A DNA stretch of 63,170 nucleotides, counting the filler, from Sphacelaria rigidula (taxonomy: Eukaryota), in NCBI GenBank assembly GCA_964200075.2. It is 5 parts of 5 records of this genome, joined end to end, with 100 filler letters (N's around TTAATTAATTAA, not from the genome) between each part and the next. Parts side by side here need not be neighbours in the genome. Positions count along the whole stretch, not along the records: positions 50,618 to 63,170 come from CAXNAA020003639.1; 4 more parts are not named here. One strand, given 5' to 3'. Position 1 is the stretch's first letter, and the number at the start of each line of letters is the position of its first letter. Position numbers and translations under genes: made by a program. A model generated the notes under the pieces. That model worked only from the letters and a program-made list of their open reading frames with translations, ran no database searches and was not told where the DNA came from. Shown one piece after another: positions 59,866 through 63,170 of the stretch.

Positions 59866-61661
59866 ATGGACCAAATCCACAGAGAAGCGATTCATTTGGG
59901 GGAAGGTATCACGTTATCCTTGTTGAAGCGATATTACTGGTGGATTAGAATGAAGGACAGTGTAAAATTCTGGGTAAGAATATGTTATACATGTCAGGCC
60001 AGGAAAAATCCAAGACATACAGTGAGTTGGCCTCTTATTTCCTCACCACTACCGAGTCAACCAGGGCAGATTGTTTCACTTGGTTTGTTGGGCCCGTTAC
60101 CAAAATCAACGAAGGGAAATACCTACATTCTTTTGTTGATGGTGGACCTGTTTAGTAGACATGCGGAAGCGTATGCGCTCACAAAGGAAGACAAAACAGC
60201 GGAAGGTTGTGCGAATATTTTAGCGCACGACTAAATCCCGAGGTGGGGATGTCCTCACACGCTATTGTCGAATCGAGGAACGGAATTCACAGCTAAAGTG
60301 GTAAAGATAGTCTATGAATCATTGGGAGCTGTGAAAAGATACACGAGTGCGTATCACCCCCAAACTAATGGGATGGTGGAGCGATTGAACCACACGCTAT
60401 GCCAGATGTTGTCATACCTAGTGGCAGATGAACAGAAAGACTGGGATAAGCTGTTGTTACACGCAATTTCTGCACACAACAACAATGTAAGTAGAGGAAT
60501 AGGGTTAGCGCCGAAGGAGGTGCATATCGGGAGATATCTAAGGTTACCCATGACCATCCTAGAGAGAAGAGGTGTGGTAGGACACCAAGGCCTGAAGGCG
60601 GACCAACTTGAATATTTGCAGTTGATGAAGGATCGTCAAACCAAAGCATACGATCTTGTAAGACAAGAGGACTTTATGATAAAATCCAAACACGAGGCAA
60701 ATAATGAGCAGGTGGAAGAAGCTCTAAATCGAAAGCCAAAGTGGGAGATAGGCAATTGGGTTTTTGTGTATTACACCAAGGGTACTATCATGTCAGGGGG
60801 AACTGCGGTACGCGAAGGGGGGGAAAACAGCCTTATCGTCGAAACTATCGCATTCTTGGCGAGGGCCGTAAAATCTTGGTGGTGGGACCAGGTATTTCGG
60901 AAAAGGGTGAGCTAGTGGGAGAAAAACTACTGTTGCTTGAACTCCGGAAAAATGAGCCAGGGGCAATCATGAGTCCCCGAGTCTCTGTGCTGAGATGTAA
61001 GCGGTGCTTCAATCCAAAAGATGAACCGGAACCGCCGAAGTCTCTACCCTGGGGGTTGAGCCAGTATGTGTTGAATCAATATTCGGAACTATCGCCTCCG
61101 TTACACTTAACTGAGGAAGAGGTGTCGATACAGCTGGACACGTATAGGCTGAAGCCCACAAAAATTGTGCGTCACCGTTTATCCCGTGGTTTGGGGGGAA
61201 AACTCTCAGTTAAGTACCTATTATGTTGGGAGAATTTGGAGAGGCCCAGGTGGGAACATGAGGAAGACATAAGACGATATGGACGGGTGATTTTAACGTA
61301 TTGGATGGAAAATCCTAGAATGGACAAGCCAGACAACTCGAAGTACCGAAAGTACCGCATAAATTTGGCAAGACGGGCGGAGGCTAGGGAAAGGGGAGAA
61401 ATGTTTGTGGCTCAGGGCTATGAGTTGAGAAGCAATGTAACTGCTGGTCCGCATGTGTATGACCCGCAAATTGTCCGTTGTTATATATATTATCGAATGC
61501 AGTCGGCGGGATGGCTTCTAGCCCAGATGATGGGTCTGCAAGAGGATGCGGCGTCACAACGGCGCCCGCACACTCTCAGGATGCTGGATTTGGGGAAGAG
61601 ATACAACGTACACCTCTTACCGGAGAATCTAAGCGCAGTGAGAAATCAAGTGGGGGACTAG
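59866..61661 (+). pseudogene. pol: Integrase, chromodomain and extra C-terminal domain, disrupted
   Basis: HHCC finger (H-REAI-H...CYTC), LGPLPKS, VDLFSR, SNRGTEF, SAYHPQTNGMVERLN. Chromo-like KIVRHR...KYLLCWENL..PRWEHEEDI at ~61160-61270. Confidence 0.88.
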
Positions 61662-62186
61662 TCCTGGCATGTTCATGTGCAGCGCAGGACTTCAAAATTC
61701 TTTGCACACACGCTCTAGCTGGAATGTTGGAGGGGACCATCGACGATCATCGGAATTAAAGACGGACATCACAAAATACTAGATAATATGGGGGTGGCTT
61801 TGGCATCAGTACACGACAACGAGGAGGAGATGAAGCTGCGCCAGGAGAACGATGAAAAGGCTTGGACGTACTTTCTCATTTGAGTTCGAGTGTTTTTCTC
61901 TGTTTTACTTTGAAGTTCACTGCTGAAATAATTGTGTAGGTTGAGCACAGGCAGTATTTTCGGGGAAAGGGACCGATTTGTGGAGTTTGGGGTAAATAAA
62001 TCAGGGTACAAAAGTGAATGTTATATCTTGGGGAAGTCTGTTTTGTAGTATCCAAGGTTTTGGAGCGGCTGGTTGGAGTATCAACTGGAAATGTTGAGGC
62101 TCAACAGAGTTTTGGCGTTTTTAATTAGTTTGTTCACCGAATTTATCTAAACAAGAGATGAAATTTAGGTTCACAGAATGGGCTGA

Positions 62187-62907
62187 TGTGGTGAGCCAAG
62201 CTCTAGGAGGCTTTTTGGTTTTGAACTGAACCAGTTCTAGTTTGAAAAAATGAAGTATGCATCGGGGAATCGGGATAAAACATGATAAAATAATCCTTGT
62301 CCGGGGTACAAAGAAGGTTTTTGTGGCGTTTGAAGGCTTAGCGGACATTATTCCGCCTACGGGCAATAAGCACTCTGACGAATTCTATGTTGAAGTGGTA
62401 AAAGTCAGAAAAACTTGCGTTCCGGATCGGAAGGTCAGAGCTGAAGGGGTACCTTGAAGAGTAGTTTCACAAAATAGGGCGTTTCTGAATCTACTTTTGG
62501 ATTTCGTACAGCATACACCAGCTGTCATTTGTGTTTGACGACTCAAGAGTGGGTTCTTTCAGAGTTAACATCACAGGTTAGGTGGGCAAGTACGATTGAA
62601 GAGACACCGAGGTGAAGACCAAAAGGTTTTCTGTCTTCACCCTCGCGAGTCACTCTTTTTTTTACGGTCTGTAGTTTCTGATTTGAAGATTGGTTTTGGG
62701 TGCATTTGTGGTATTATTATAGTGCAGCGATATCGGGACGTCACCAGTAATATACTCAAAGAAGACTCGAAAACCATATTTTCTCATTCTTGGCAAATCA
62801 GTGCCCGCATCTCTTTTGGATTGTGTGTGAACAAGACAAGACGGCTGACCTTCATAAAAACAGTTGAACCTACATCTGGGAAGAGAGTGAAGACTTCTCC
62901 CACGACA
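62187..62907 (+). repeat. 3' LTR (721 bp)
   Basis: TGTGGTGAG...CCCACGACA, preceded by a weak purine tract AGAATGGGCTGA. Confidence 0.95.
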
Positions 62908-63170
62908 ACCCTGTGTTAGTAAAATAATAATTAACAAGTCTTCGAGTGACCTACCCAATCACGGCGAGGCGAAATTTATCGACCCGACCCGTACGACCGG
63001 TGCTCGGGTTGTTGGCGAGTATGATGCAACTGTAAAGATCGTGTGGGGACCCTATCCCTGGCCCAGAGAAGCCTTCGCAGATTTCCAAATGCCGAAATTG
63101 GATCGCCGAAATTCCCCGAAATTGGATTTTCCCGTAGGACCCCAACATTTCGGTTATTGACATCCAAATT

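Larger units (their letters stand above)
51534..62907 (+). mobile_element. Full-length, decayed Ty3/Gypsy LTR retrotransposon with chromodomain (11,374 bp)
   Basis: Two TG...CA LTRs, 4-bp TSD ACCC (51530-51533, 62908-62911), domain order gag-PR-RT-RH-IN-chromo, multiple stops and frameshifts. Confidence 0.95.

Overview
This window is not one locus. It is five separate contigs (1-12556, 12657-25210, 25311-37864, 37965-50517, 50618-63170; lengths 12556, 12554, 12554, 12553, 12553) joined by an artificial N44-TTAATTAATTAA-N44 linker, so adjacency across linkers means nothing. The DNA is eukaryotic, intron-rich and repeat-rich; the gene structure and HYDIN fit a brown alga or related stramenopile (inference). 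Contig 1 holds a minus-strand gene for a largely low-complexity protein with an internally duplicated domain I do not recognise, head-to-head with the first exon of a Rab7-like GTPase that has a long N-terminal extension. Contig 2 holds nine exons of a giant CUB-like/MIB-HERC2/LamG/FN3/SPRY protein (probable E3 ligase) with domains nested inside domains, plus a hAT-type element with an 8-bp TSD. Contig 3 has no clear host gene; it carries DNA-transposon debris, including an Academ-like XPG/Cys-finger remnant, a self-nested MITE and a 90-bp palindrome. Contig 4 holds 15 exons of HYDIN. Contig 5 holds a complete but decayed 11.4-kb Ty3/Gypsy chromodomain LTR retrotransposon with a 250-bp internal inversion, inserted into a hairpin. 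No CRISPR, rRNA or convincing tRNA gene was seen. All splice models and alignments were done by eye and need RNA-seq or HMM confirmation.
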